Source: Candidatus Aenigmatarchaeota archaeon (GTDB lineage Archaea; Aenigmatarchaeota; Aenigmatarchaeia; CG10238-14; SCSR01). From it: a stretch of DNA of 64,000 nucleotides. Each line of letters starts with the position of its first letter. Positions within the stretch are counted from its first letter, which is position 1. This document shows positions 19,286 to 30,876 of the stretch, piece by piece. The notes beneath the pieces were generated by a model. That model was given only the letters and a program-made list of their open reading frames with translations. It searched no databases and had not been told where the DNA came from. Location of the stretch: assembly GCA_030615205.1 (NCBI GenBank), contig JAUWZS010000001.1:10019-74018 (forward strand), read 5' to 3'. A program made the translations under genes and the position numbers.

Positions 19286-19963
19286 TTAGACAATCTTTAA
19301 AATCTCGCTGATATCATTTATCTCGTAGTCTGCTTTACCACGCTCTTCTCTGAATTGGCCGTACTTCGCAAGCACTGTATGCATGCCGAGCCTCTTTGCT
19401 GGCTTCACATCGCGGCTTATAGAATCTCCCACCATTAATATCTTGCTTGGTTTGAGTTTCAGTATCTTGAACGCTTTTTTAAACGGCATCTTCTTTAATT
19501 TCATCACACCTGTGTCTTCAAAAGCTATCACAAAATCAAAATATTTCTCCAGTCGCATGTCATAGAGCCTAGTCCAAGCCTGAAACTTGGGCGCGTCTGT
19601 AATTATCACCAGCTTATACTGCTTAGAAAGCGCGGCTAGTGTGCGACGCACGTTCGGATACGGTTTCAGCATACGTCGCTTGGCTTTTCTGTATGCAACA
19701 ACGCCGGCCGCCAGTATCCTAATATCCACGCTGCCAGCCGTCTTCTTCAGGAACTTGTCGAATATCTTTTGATCCTCTATGCCGTGCATCTTGAACAGCT
19801 CTTGGAGAACTGCCCATGCTTCTTTTTTATTCACTTTCAGCCCAGCTCGCACCATCGCTTTTATCGCTGCTTCGCTTGCTTTTCCTTTCATCCGCATAAA
19901 GTCTATCAGCGTGTTGTCCAGATCGAACACAATCGCTTTTATTTTTTTCATAGGTTTTTTCAC
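19286..19963 (-). CDS. HAD-superfamily hydrolase
   Basis: FDLDNTL, IITD, MVGD...DV. Confidence 0.92.
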   Translation of the reverse strand: MKKPMKKIKAIVFDLDNTLIDFMRMKGKASEAAIKAMVRAGLKVNKKEAWAVLQELFKMHGIEDQKIFDKFLKKTAGSVDIRILAAGVVAYRKAKRRMLKPYPNVRRTLAALSKQYKLVIITDAPKFQAWTRLYDMRLEKYFDFVIAFEDTGVMKLKKMPFKKAFKILKLKPSKILMVGDSISRDVKPAKRLGMHTVLAKYGQFREERGKADYEINDISEILKIV

Positions 19964-20274
19964 TCCGCTTGATCCAATTCTTTGGGAATAGGGTATAATC
20001 CTCCATCCCCTCCTTCTAAAAATATTAGTTTTTTAGATTTTATCATTAACTCGATTTTTCTGAATATCTCTCTTTTTATAATTCCCCTAGATTTTCTTGC
20101 TTTAGGAAGTCTATAGATACGCTCGTACTCGTCAACAACATCAGGTGCTAATATACCATTTTGTTCTTCAACTGCCCATAGGATAAATGCTCCAAGAGAT
20201 ACAGGTCTATAGGAAGATGATCTAGCGTAATTTCTTTTTGAGGGTACTGGGAATGCTCTATATGTAGGTAACAT
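19960..20274 (-). CDS. Hypothetical protein
   Basis: 104-aa ORF whose stop overlaps the HAD start by 4 nt. Confidence 0.55.
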   Translation of the reverse strand: MLPTYRAFPVPSKRNYARSSSYRPVSLGAFILWAVEEQNGILAPDVVDEYERIYRLPKARKSRGIIKREIFRKIELMIKSKKLIFLEGGDGGLYPIPKELDQAE

Positions 20275-20319
20275 AGAAATTTGATAACATTTAAAACTTA
20301 AGAAATCTATGTGAGAAAA

Positions 20320-20412
20320 TTAATAACTCAACCGCACGAGCTTCGTCCCACATTCTGGGCATTTCTTATGTTTGTCGCTAAAACTTCGGTTGCATTTGTT
20401 GCAGTATTTCAT
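20320..20412 (-). CDS. 30-aa zinc-ribbon microprotein
   Basis: Manual translation MKYCNKCNRSFSDKHKKCPECGTKLVRLSY (CxxC-x10-CPxCG). Confidence 0.7.
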   Translation of the reverse strand: MKYCNKCNRSFSDKHKKCPECGTKLVRLSY

Positions 20413-20499
20413 TAATTTACTTTTATTTTCGAGTTAATAATAAAGCAGGATATTTCATTCTAAGAAATGTTAGAAAAAAGTTGTGAACTACCATTTTTC

Positions 20500-20525
20500 G
20501 GATCAAACTATTTATCAAGGTCTAA

Positions 20526-20532
<7 letters not shown>
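20500..20532 (-). other. 3' arm of the pre-23S processing stem (BHB)
   Basis: Pairs with 23611..23642: GGAUCAAACUA/UAGUUUGAUCC, central GUCA/UGAU, bulges AGG and AAA, AGGUCUA/UAGACCU. Confidence 0.88.
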
Positions 20533-23610
<3,078 letters not shown>

Positions 23611-23617
<7 letters not shown>

Positions 23618-23642
23618 TAGACCTCCTTGACTAGTTTGATCC
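23611..23642 (-). other. 5' arm of the pre-23S processing stem (BHB)
   Basis: Complementary to 20500..20532. Confidence 0.88.
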
Positions 23643-24049
23643 TATGGTAGTTTCATAATTAAATGGCTCATTTGAGACAGCTCGATCTTCAACCGCTAGC
23701 CACGCACATCTGTTCGCTTTTGTTTTTGTCCATGCGAACAACCCACTGTACGTTTGTCAGCCAGCGTCAGACGCTTCTGTTATATTCACAGCCTCAACTC
23801 TTCAACCCCGATGTTCAGTCAGGATTTGCATACTCAACAACAGCGCCAATGTCGCTATACATATAACTCATGTTATTGAGAATCCGCTCATACTGCAATC
23901 AAGCAGTGCACCTTTGCCACATAGCATCGCAAGGTGTCCTCTGTCATCATATCGAATCAGAAACAGAACACGCTCATCGCTAAACAAAGGTAAAACTGAG
24001 CGTTCCTACTCTTGCATAGCGACACCGGTAAGAATTATTTTGCACTGAG

Positions 24050-24064
24050 TATTTATAAAGTTTA
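24050..24064 (-). promoter_or_regulatory. Probable BRE/TATA promoter of the stand-alone 23S gene
   Basis: Minus strand AAAC-TTTATAAATA about 25 nt upstream of a GC-richer structured leader starting near 24027. Confidence 0.6.
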
Positions 24065-24175
24065 TTGTTTTTGGAGCTTTGCACTTAAACCCCATCTTGC
24101 ACTTTAAGTCTGCGGGTTCAAATTCCACCTTGAGCGTCATAAGACTTAAATCTTTAAATTCCTATCTAAAAAAAC

Positions 24176-24565
24176 ATGGCACAATCATACTTTTCCAAAT
24201 TTGCAAAAGAACTATTGGATGTTCTTCATAAAAAGGGGTGGAATGTATATAGATCGCTTGATTTGATGAACGCAGAGGACATAATAAGACAGAACTTAGC
24301 TCAGTCTTTAGAGGTAGGTGGAAAATATGTACTTCTTCCTGTTGCAGATAATCCAAAAGACCCGAAACAGGTATTCGATGCATTGGAAAATCTTGCACAA
24401 AAACTTGATAGAAAAATGCCGACCATAACAGTGGGATGTGATTCTTATTCACTAACAGGATTCACGTTGAAGGAAAGTGATGTAAAAATTCATACACCTG
24501 AAGGAACAACCGTCTCTTACCCGATATTCATACGAGCTTTGGATTCTTTGATTCAAACAAAATAA
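24176..24565 (+). CDS. Hypothetical protein
   Basis: 129-aa ORF. Confidence 0.7.
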   Translation: MAQSYFSKFAKELLDVLHKKGWNVYRSLDLMNAEDIIRQNLAQSLEVGGKYVLLPVADNPKDPKQVFDALENLAQKLDRKMPTITVGCDSYSLTGFTLKESDVKIHTPEGTTVSYPIFIRALDSLIQTK

Positions 24566-24647
24566 TGTTGGGCTTTCTTAGCCCAGAGTGGCTTTGCACA
24601 TAAAGTCAAAATCAAGATTAAATATAAATATTGAAAATAAATTCTAA

Positions 24648-24956
24648 TTGATGTTTATGGAATTAAAAGAATTACAAAAATATGTAAGAGATTGGATTAA
24701 TAATGTAGGTGAGACTAATTGGACAAAATGGAATTATTTCTCAAGATTAGTAGAAGAGGTTGGGGAGGTTGGAGAACAGTTATCTTTGAGTGAAGGTGTT
24801 AAAAAACATAAAAAATTTGATAAAGATGTGCTTAAAGAAGAGATTGGTGATGTCCTGTTTGTCTTACTTGCATTATCAAATAAACTGGATATAGATTTAT
24901 CAGAGGCTTTTAATAAAGTTCGTGAAAAACATAAAAGAAAATTTGGCGATGTGTGA
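24648..24956 (+). CDS. MazG-like nucleotide pyrophosphohydrolase
   Basis: LVEEVGEV...EEIGDVLF..L.N...IDL..AF. Confidence 0.9.
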   Translation: MMFMELKELQKYVRDWINNVGETNWTKWNYFSRLVEEVGEVGEQLSLSEGVKKHKKFDKDVLKEEIGDVLFVLLALSNKLDIDLSEAFNKVREKHKRKFGDV

Positions 24957-25069
24957 ATATGAAAATAAGGGCAGTATGAATTCTCTTTCAGTGGCTTAAA
25001 ATCCTATCCTGGGCGTCTTAAAACTTAAAACTTAAATCTTTAATCTTAGACTCAGTTATAGGTTAATAA

Positions 25070-25522
25070 TCAACTTGAATAATCTAACTTTTGTCTTTCT
25101 TCTTCAGAAATGTAGCCTTTCTTTTTAGCCCAACTCAATAAGGATAAGTTATGAATTACACCTGGTGGTCCTCTATCAAGTAATTTTAATGCTTCATGAT
25201 AAGTTTTTCCAAGAGACATATAGTAAGCCGCGCCTATAGCAACACTTCTGCTCGTTCCCGCTTCACAACAGACTAAAACTTTTCCTTTATCAATATATTT
25301 GTTAATGAATTCGATTGCAAGATCAAAAGCGTAATCAGAAATATAGTCATCGTCATATAGTTGCATTTCTAAGCAAGGTTTACCATCTCTTACTGTTTCC
25401 TCGCCTTTTCCATTTAAACAATTAATAACCGCGGCAGATTCGTTATAAGGAGAGGATTTTGTGTAGACCAAATCATCGAATGTCCCTATAACAATTTTTT
25501 TAGATTCCAAATTTTCTGACAT
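25070..25522 (-). CDS. Dual-specificity (Cys-based) phosphatase family protein
   Basis: KVLVCCEAGTSRS, the CX5R loop; upstream acidic LYDD. Confidence 0.85.
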   Translation of the reverse strand: MSENLESKKIVIGTFDDLVYTKSSPYNESAAVINCLNGKGEETVRDGKPCLEMQLYDDDYISDYAFDLAIEFINKYIDKGKVLVCCEAGTSRSVAIGAAYYMSLGKTYHEALKLLDRGPPGVIHNLSLLSWAKKKGYISEEERQKLDYSS

Positions 25523-25658
25523 AGTTATTCAACTTACATTAAAAATATTTAATAATATGTTTATCATTTATTGAGCCCACAAAATTGAGGTGTTGTATCA
25601 ATTCTCATGCTGGGCGTTTGAAACACTTTAATTCGGATAAAATAATCAATAAACTGTA

Positions 25659-25952
25659 TCATGCCATTTCTTGATTTTTCCCTAGTGCATGCTTGTACGT
25701 TTCGCGTCTTAATATAGCACTAGCTAATTTTGTTATTTCATTGTAGAATGGAGATGTACCACCACCAGTTAGAAACTCATTAGAAGCTGTTTCTGGATCT
25801 GAATAAATTTTAACAGCTTTAAGCAAAGACTCCCTTACAAAATCAGCACCATATCTAAGATTAAGTATCTTTATTCCATTCAGTATCTTTCTCTTTTCTA
25901 TAGACTCTATTCTCTCCAAATTCGCACGAATTTGAGGTATATCAATTATCAT
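25659..25952 (-). CDS. Hypothetical protein
   Basis: 97-aa ORF with upstream GAGG. Confidence 0.6.
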   Translation of the reverse strand: MIIDIPQIRANLERIESIEKRKILNGIKILNLRYGADFVRESLLKAVKIYSDPETASNEFLTGGGTSPFYNEITKLASAILRRETYKHALGKNQEMA

Positions 25953-26088
25953 TTGTTACGCCTCGTATAACTACTCTATAGTGACAATATATAAAGATTT
26001 CGGCAATGGCTTATATACGTTAACAGAAAGGCCTAAAAACAAATAGATACTCTCAACTGTAGAAGAAATCACTGTGCGCTGTAAAAAA

Positions 26089-26196
26089 CTAAAGTTTTAT
26101 TGTGCCCCTTGCCATCGTATGGGATTCTGCAACGTGTTTTTCTAGGTCAGCTCTGGTATCAAAAGTTGAATCACAAAACACACATTGTTCTGCCAT
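26089..26196 (-). CDS. 35-aa C2H2 zinc-finger microprotein
   Basis: Manual translation MAEQCVFCDSTFDTRADLEKHVAESHTMARGTIKL: CxxC-x12-H-x4-H with the conserved F and L. Confidence 0.75.
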   Translation of the reverse strand: MAEQCVFCDSTFDTRADLEKHVAESHTMARGTIKL

Positions 26197-26254
26197 GGCT
26201 CTCGCTACTTTATTAAAGGATGCTGAAAGATAAAAAGATTTGCGTATTGAAAAG

Positions 26255-26326
26255 TGGACCGACCGGGGCTCGAACCCGGAGCCTCTGCCTTGCAGGGACA
26301 GCGATCTACCATTGATCTATCGGCCC
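26255..26326 (-). tRNA. tRNA-Ala(UGC)
   Basis: Cloverleaf GGGCCGA/TCGGTCC with G3:U70 and A73; anticodon loop CC-TGC-AA (C33). Confidence 0.93.
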
Positions 26327-26377
26327 ATGAATTATTATTTGTTATGACAAGTTATTTAAATTAACTTATCTTTTTTA

Positions 26378-26746
26378 TTACATCTTTTTTATTTCACCTT
26401 TAGAGGAAATAATTAATGGTCTAGATTCTGTTAAAGCTCTAGTGACTTTTTCTCTTGCACTTTCCAATAATCTCCACACTGTTCCACGCGAGGTCTCCAT
26501 CTTCTTTGCGACTTGTTCTTGTTTTAATTTTTCTAAATCAGTTAATCTCAGTACTTCGTATTCAGGATAAGTCAGCTCGATTGGTTGTGGATTTTTCATA
26601 GGAAGTGGCCTGAATTGTTTAGCATGTGGTATTTCTGATAAATATAAATCACCAAAAGGTCTTCCTGGACCTTCGCGTCTTAACGCCCACCTCCAACCTC
26701 TACCCCTTCCTCGCCCTCTTCCACGTCCTCTCCTTGGTCTTGGCAT
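26378..26746 (-). CDS. DUF134-family HTH protein
   Basis: MPRPRR start, EYEVLRLTDLEKLKQEQVAKKMETSRGTVWRLLESAREKV. Confidence 0.9.
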   Translation of the reverse strand: MPRPRRGRGRGRGRGRGWRWALRREGPGRPFGDLYLSEIPHAKQFRPLPMKNPQPIELTYPEYEVLRLTDLEKLKQEQVAKKMETSRGTVWRLLESAREKVTRALTESRPLIISSKGEIKKM

Positions 26747-26882
26747 AATAAAATAATGGAAATCGATAAATATAAATATTAGCATATGCACATAATTATT
26801 GTGTGTTATTGCACGTAATTAATAGTGTACAATAACACAAAAATAAAATAATAAAATAAAAATAGAAATGGAGGTGAAAAAT

Positions 26883-27170
26883 ATGCCAGGATTTGATAGA
26901 ACAGGCCCAAGAGGAGAAGGACCTTTAACTGGACGTGGTCTTGGACCATGCGGAAGAGGCTTAGGTTTTAGACGAGGTTTTGGTAGAGGCTTCGGTCGAG
27001 GACGTGGATTTGGATTCAGGCGAGCGTATGCGTATGATTATGGAGATGTTGCTCCAGTTGCACCAGCTTTGACAAAAGAACAGGAAAAAACTATGCTGGA
27101 AAGCGAGATGAAAATATTGCAGGAAGATCTCGAAGCTATAAAGAAAAGAATTAAGGAACTGGAAAAATAA
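26883..27170 (+). CDS. DUF5320-family protein
   Basis: MPGFDRTGPRGEGPLTGRGLGPC, GR-rich middle, C-terminal coiled coil; GGAGGTGA RBS. Confidence 0.9.
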   Translation: MPGFDRTGPRGEGPLTGRGLGPCGRGLGFRRGFGRGFGRGRGFGFRRAYAYDYGDVAPVAPALTKEQEKTMLESEMKILQEDLEAIKKRIKELEK

Positions 27171-27203
27171 GATTAGGCTGAAAAAAAAGAAGAGGTGAAA
27201 AAA

Positions 27204-27368
27204 ATGCCAAATGGTAGAGGAGGTATGAGAGGTTTTGCAATGGGACCAGATGGAGAATGTATATGCACTGATCCAAAATGTGGTTATACTATGTCACACG
27301 AAAGAGCAAAACCATGTTACGAAATGAAATGCCCTAAATGCGGAAGTTCTATGGTAAGAAAAAGTTAA
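27204..27368 (+). CDS. 54-aa Cys-rich metal-binding protein
   Basis: Manual translation MPNGRGG..GPDGECICTDPKCGY...H....PCYEMKCPKCGSSMVRKS; GAGGTGA RBS; type usually found with DUF134/DUF5320. Confidence 0.85.
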   Translation: MPNGRGGMRGFAMGPDGECICTDPKCGYTMSHERAKPCYEMKCPKCGSSMVRKS

Positions 27369-27393
27369 GACTAGGAGTAACGTAATTTTCTTT

Positions 27394-27427
27394 CGACCGT
27401 TCGTATTGATGCCTGAGGTAGAAACCC
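27394..27427 (-). other. 3' arm of the pre-16S processing stem (BHB)
   Basis: GGGUUUCUACCUC pairs with GAGGUAGAAACCC of the 5' arm; central GGUG/CAUC with AAA and AAU bulges; outer CCGUUCG/CGAACGG. Confidence 0.85.
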
Positions 27428-27468
27428 AACACACAAATATTAGGAGGTGATCCAGCCGCACGTTCCCG

Positions 27469-27589
27469 TTACCGGACCAATTGAGAAGTTTTTTTGGACG
27501 ACTATAATCAATTCACCTCCGACTCATCATCAAATCAGAGTCAAGCCTTGTTGTCATACTTATAGTCTATTAGGTACCTTCTCTGGTCT
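27469..27589 (-). ncRNA. 16S intron after E. coli 1513 (h45), 121 nt, relaxed BHB; contains a full box C/D sRNA layout
   Basis: Central helix GCCG/CGGU, bulge UA^A, GACCAG/UUGGUC; removal restores CCGUACG-GGAA-CGUGCGG. Confidence 0.9.
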
Positions 27590-27694
27590 TACGGCTACCT
27601 TGTGGCGACTTAGCCCCCCTCGCGGAACCGAAATTCGAAATACCTAAAGCCCGAAGGCTTGAAGCAATCCTCATTTAAACTCCACTCGGTTGGC

Positions 27695-27732
<38 letters not shown>

Positions 27733-27740
27733 GCGAACGA

Positions 27741-27846
27741 TTTCACGCCTGCCAAAAGCGATTCCTTATTTTTAATCTTCACTGATTTTTTCCGAAGAAA
27801 AAAATCTCAGAGTGTTGCATGAAAGTCATCTAACGCTTGACAGACT
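27741..27846 (-). ncRNA. 16S intron after E. coli 1363 (h43), 106 nt, canonical BHB; box C/D-like interior
   Basis: GCGAACG/CGUUCGC, central UCAU/GUGA, bulges CA^A and AA^U, GUCUGUCA/UGGCAGGC. Confidence 0.92.
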
Positions 27847-28277
27847 TGATGACGTTCGCTTACTAGGGATTCCAGCTTCACGAAGGCGAGTTACAGCCCT
27901 CGATCCGAACTAAGCGCGCTTTTAGGGGTTTCGCTTCACCTTTCGGTGTCGCATCTCATTGTGGCGCGCATTGTGCACCGCGTGTAGCCCAGGAAATTCG
28001 GGGCATACAGACCTACCGTTGCCCACTCCTTCCTCTGGTTTTTATCACCAGCGGTCTCTCATGAGTGCTCTATGTTCGAAAACACAGATAGCAACATGAG
28101 ACATGGGTCTCGCTCGTTAACCGACTTAACGGCACGCCTCACGGTACGAACTGACGATGGCCATGCACCACCTCTCGGCTTGTCTGGTAAGCCCTTCAGA
28201 CTGACCTTCATCCTGCCGTCTTCCCTGGTGAGATTTCCGGCGTTGAATCCAATTGAACCGCAGTGCCCACCCCTTGT

Positions 28278-28330
<53 letters not shown>

Positions 28331-28445
28331 TGGCCCGCTTAACACCTACGCTACGGCACCACAGACTCCCAAGAAGTCTGTAGCACCAAGCGGGCATCGT
28401 TTACGGCGTGGACTACCGGGGTATCTAATCCCGATCGCTACCCAC

Positions 28446-28477
<32 letters not shown>

Positions 28478-29153
28478 CAAGAAGCCTTCGCCACTGGTGG
28501 TCCCTATGGGATTACAGGATTTAACCCCTACCCCATAAGTACCTCTTGCCTCTCCCGGTCTCAAGTTCAGTAGTATTCTCAGCACGCCCTCCAGTTTGCT
28601 GGAGGATTTCACCAAGAACTTACTGAACCGGCTACGGACGCTTTAGACCCAATAATAGTGGTCATCACTTGAGCCTCGGGTATTACCGCGGCGGCTGGCA
28701 CCCGTATTACCCAGCTCTTATTCGCCCACCTATTTACAGTGAACAAAAGTTCCAGCAGTGCTGGAACACTCCAGGTTCCCTTATCGCACGTGAATGCATT
28801 GTAAAGGTTTCGCGCTTGCTGCACACCGTAGTGTCTGGATTCATGTCTCAGAATCCATCTCCAGGCTCCTACTTACATAGCCCGTACCTGTTATCGGTTT
28901 GTTGGTTCATTACACCAACAACAGCCTGATAGGCCACAGACCCATCCTTGAGCGCCAGAGCTTTTGGTATTGGCGCATTCCAGCAACTAATACCTATGGG
29001 GCATTAGCCTCAGTTTCCCGAGATTATTCCCCACTCAAGGGTAGGTTATCTGCGTATTACGGAGCAGTTCGCCGAGTCCCGAAGACTCTCAGCTTGCATA
29101 GCTTAGTCGAACCCGGATAGCAATGACCGCTGGCAGGATCGACCAGAATTGGC

Positions 29154-29190
29154 GGGTTTCTACCTCTAGGTTTCACCATCGAACGGCCGG
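29154..29190 (-). other. 5' arm of the pre-16S processing stem
   Basis: Complementary to 27394..27427. Confidence 0.85.
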
Positions 29191-29392
29191 AATTTAAAAA
29201 TCCGCAACCGGACAATTGAAAACCTACCCAGAACGCTACTCTGGATTTAAGCTTTCTATAACGTGAACTAAAAGAAGTATTTCATCTTTCTGCTGCAACT
29301 GTCATCATCAGTTCCAGCTCAGTCCCAAATTGCAAAAGGGACCAAATCTAACTTCAACGCCGTTCACGTGCAAAGTATAATTAGGAGATGAT

Positions 29393-29408
29393 TATATTTA
29401 AAGGTTTG
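29393..29408 (-). promoter_or_regulatory. Probable BRE/TATA promoter of the 16S gene
   Basis: Minus strand AAACC-TTTAAATATA about 25 nt upstream of a self-pairing leader (ACGUGAAC...GUUCACGU). Confidence 0.6.
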
Positions 29409-29420
29409 GAAATCAAGAAA

Positions 29421-29978
29421 TCAAGCAGCCCTTAATCTACTGAAGATTTCTCCCTCAAATCTCAATAGAGCGTCTACAGCTGATTTAACTCCTCTGTCTT
29501 TCTTTTTGTCTTTTACAAGAGCGTCTGTTATAGTGGCTCCAAACTCGTGCAAATATCTCAAAAATAAGAACCCATCATATTTTATGTCAAGAAAATTTGG
29601 CTCTTCATAGTCCCAGCCAACCTTCCAATCATTTGGAATATGCTCTTTTATTTTATCAACTAGCCTCTTGCATTGGTAGTAGGACGGCACAAAAAGTATT
29701 TTTTTCCAACCACGCTCTTCACAAATTTCCATAGAATGTGTGACATTTTCTTCTGTGCTTGTAGCTTTTTCATCTATTATGATATGATTATCTTCTACTC
29801 CTTCATTTTTTAGATATTCGTACATGACGTTGTATTGCCGAACACCCGTGATTATTATGTGAGGGTTGTATCCTTTTTCTTTTAGTTCTCTGTATGATTT
29901 TAACGCTGGTCTTAGTCTGTCTTCTGAGCCCCTTGGTCCACCAGGCACAATTATTGCTATGTCATTTTCTCTTTTCAT
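29421..29978 (-). CDS. YdcF/DUF218-family protein
   Basis: AIIVPGG, IIITG, E..ATSTEEN, S.YQ..R. Confidence 0.85.
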   Translation of the reverse strand: MKRENDIAIIVPGGPRGSEDRLRPALKSYRELKEKGYNPHIIITGVRQYNVMYEYLKNEGVEDNHIIIDEKATSTEENVTHSMEICEERGWKKILFVPSYYQCKRLVDKIKEHIPNDWKVGWDYEEPNFLDIKYDGFLFLRYLHEFGATITDALVKDKKKDRGVKSAVDALLRFEGEIFSRLRAA

Positions 29979-30009
29979 GATAAAACGTCAGAAAATTAGA
30001 TATTTAAAA

Positions 30010-30771
30010 CTAAGTATTGTCCATAGGTCTATAGCCCAACATTTCTATAGCTGGTGAAAGATCGTAAACTTTGTATTTGTTGTTCGATGTTGCATAAAAT
30101 ATTGAAAAATTAGGTAAATCCTTTTCTATACACAATCTTACAAATTGAGTACAGTCTCTATGACTAAGATATATTGAGTCATAGCTTGGTACACCTACGT
30201 CTGATGTGTCTGCTGCATTTATACCACCAAATCTTATGCATATAACCTTCAGCCCACGCTCTGCATATTTTCTACTTATATCTTCCATCCACAGTTTTGT
30301 TTCACCATATGGACTGTCCGGATTTTGTGAATCAATCTCAATCAAGAGAAGCTTTTTTGGTAATTTTCCATAGTCTTCACGTGCAATAAAACAATAAGGC
30401 TCTTTTTTCCAATCTACACCAGCCGCGTGCACAGAACTTGCCATTATCACTCTAGGATGCGGCTCAACTTCCAAGGCTGCTTTGTAGACGTTCTTTATCA
30501 TACTTTTATTTTCTGGTAATGCTACAGCACTTGTAATATCTTCTTCCGTATTCCACGCAAGATGAATAACTGCATCGTGTCCATTCAAAATTTCTTTAAA
30601 TCTTTTATATTCTTTTGCCAAGTCTAACTGGTAAAAATTTGGCGAGTGGATAGGTTTTATGTCTACAAGAGTAAGTTCATATTCTTTCAAGTGTTTTCTT
30701 AAAACTGTTCCTATTACTCCTACAGCACCTGTTATTAAAACCTTTTTTCTCATGAGATGAATACTAAACAA
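30010..30771 (-). CDS. NAD-dependent epimerase/dehydratase (extended SDR)
   Basis: ITGAVGVIG, VIHLA, ASS, YGETK, IRFG, LSHRD. Confidence 0.9.
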   Translation of the reverse strand: MFSIHLMRKKVLITGAVGVIGTVLRKHLKEYELTLVDIKPIHSPNFYQLDLAKEYKRFKEILNGHDAVIHLAWNTEEDITSAVALPENKSMIKNVYKAALEVEPHPRVIMASSVHAAGVDWKKEPYCFIAREDYGKLPKKLLLIEIDSQNPDSPYGETKLWMEDISRKYAERGLKVICIRFGGINAADTSDVGVPSYDSIYLSHRDCTQFVRLCIEKDLPNFSIFYATSNNKYKVYDLSPAIEMLGYRPMDNT

Positions 30772-30795
30772 TAAACTTTAAGAATTCAAATGGAG

Positions 30796-30867
30796 GGCCC
30801 GAACCGGGGATCGAACCCGGGTCAAGGGATCCACAGTCCCCTACTCTACCATTGAGCTATTCGGGCC
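30796..30867 (-). tRNA. tRNA-His(GUG) with encoded G-1 and C73
   Basis: G-GCCCGAA/TTCGGGC-C, anticodon loop CT-GTG-GA. Confidence 0.95.
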
Positions 30868-30876
30868 ATTATTTGA

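Larger units (their letters stand above)
24111..25617 (+). repeat. Three degenerate tRNA 3'-end-like direct repeats (24111..24138, 24991..25017, 25591..25617)
   Basis: Consensus close to TGTGGGTTCAAATCCCAYCCTGGGCGT; first two copies are followed by the identical ACTTAAATCTTTAA (24144, 25030). Confidence 0.6.

Noticed and set aside
24111..25617. CRISPR array or functional split-tRNA halves
   Set aside because: Spacing is hundreds of bases with genes between and the copies are degenerate; T arms are damaged and no complementary trans-splicing leaders were seen
26255..26326. Reading this tRNA as tRNA-Cys(GCA)
   Set aside because: The 7-nt loop register gives TGC, and G3:U70 with A73 marks Ala
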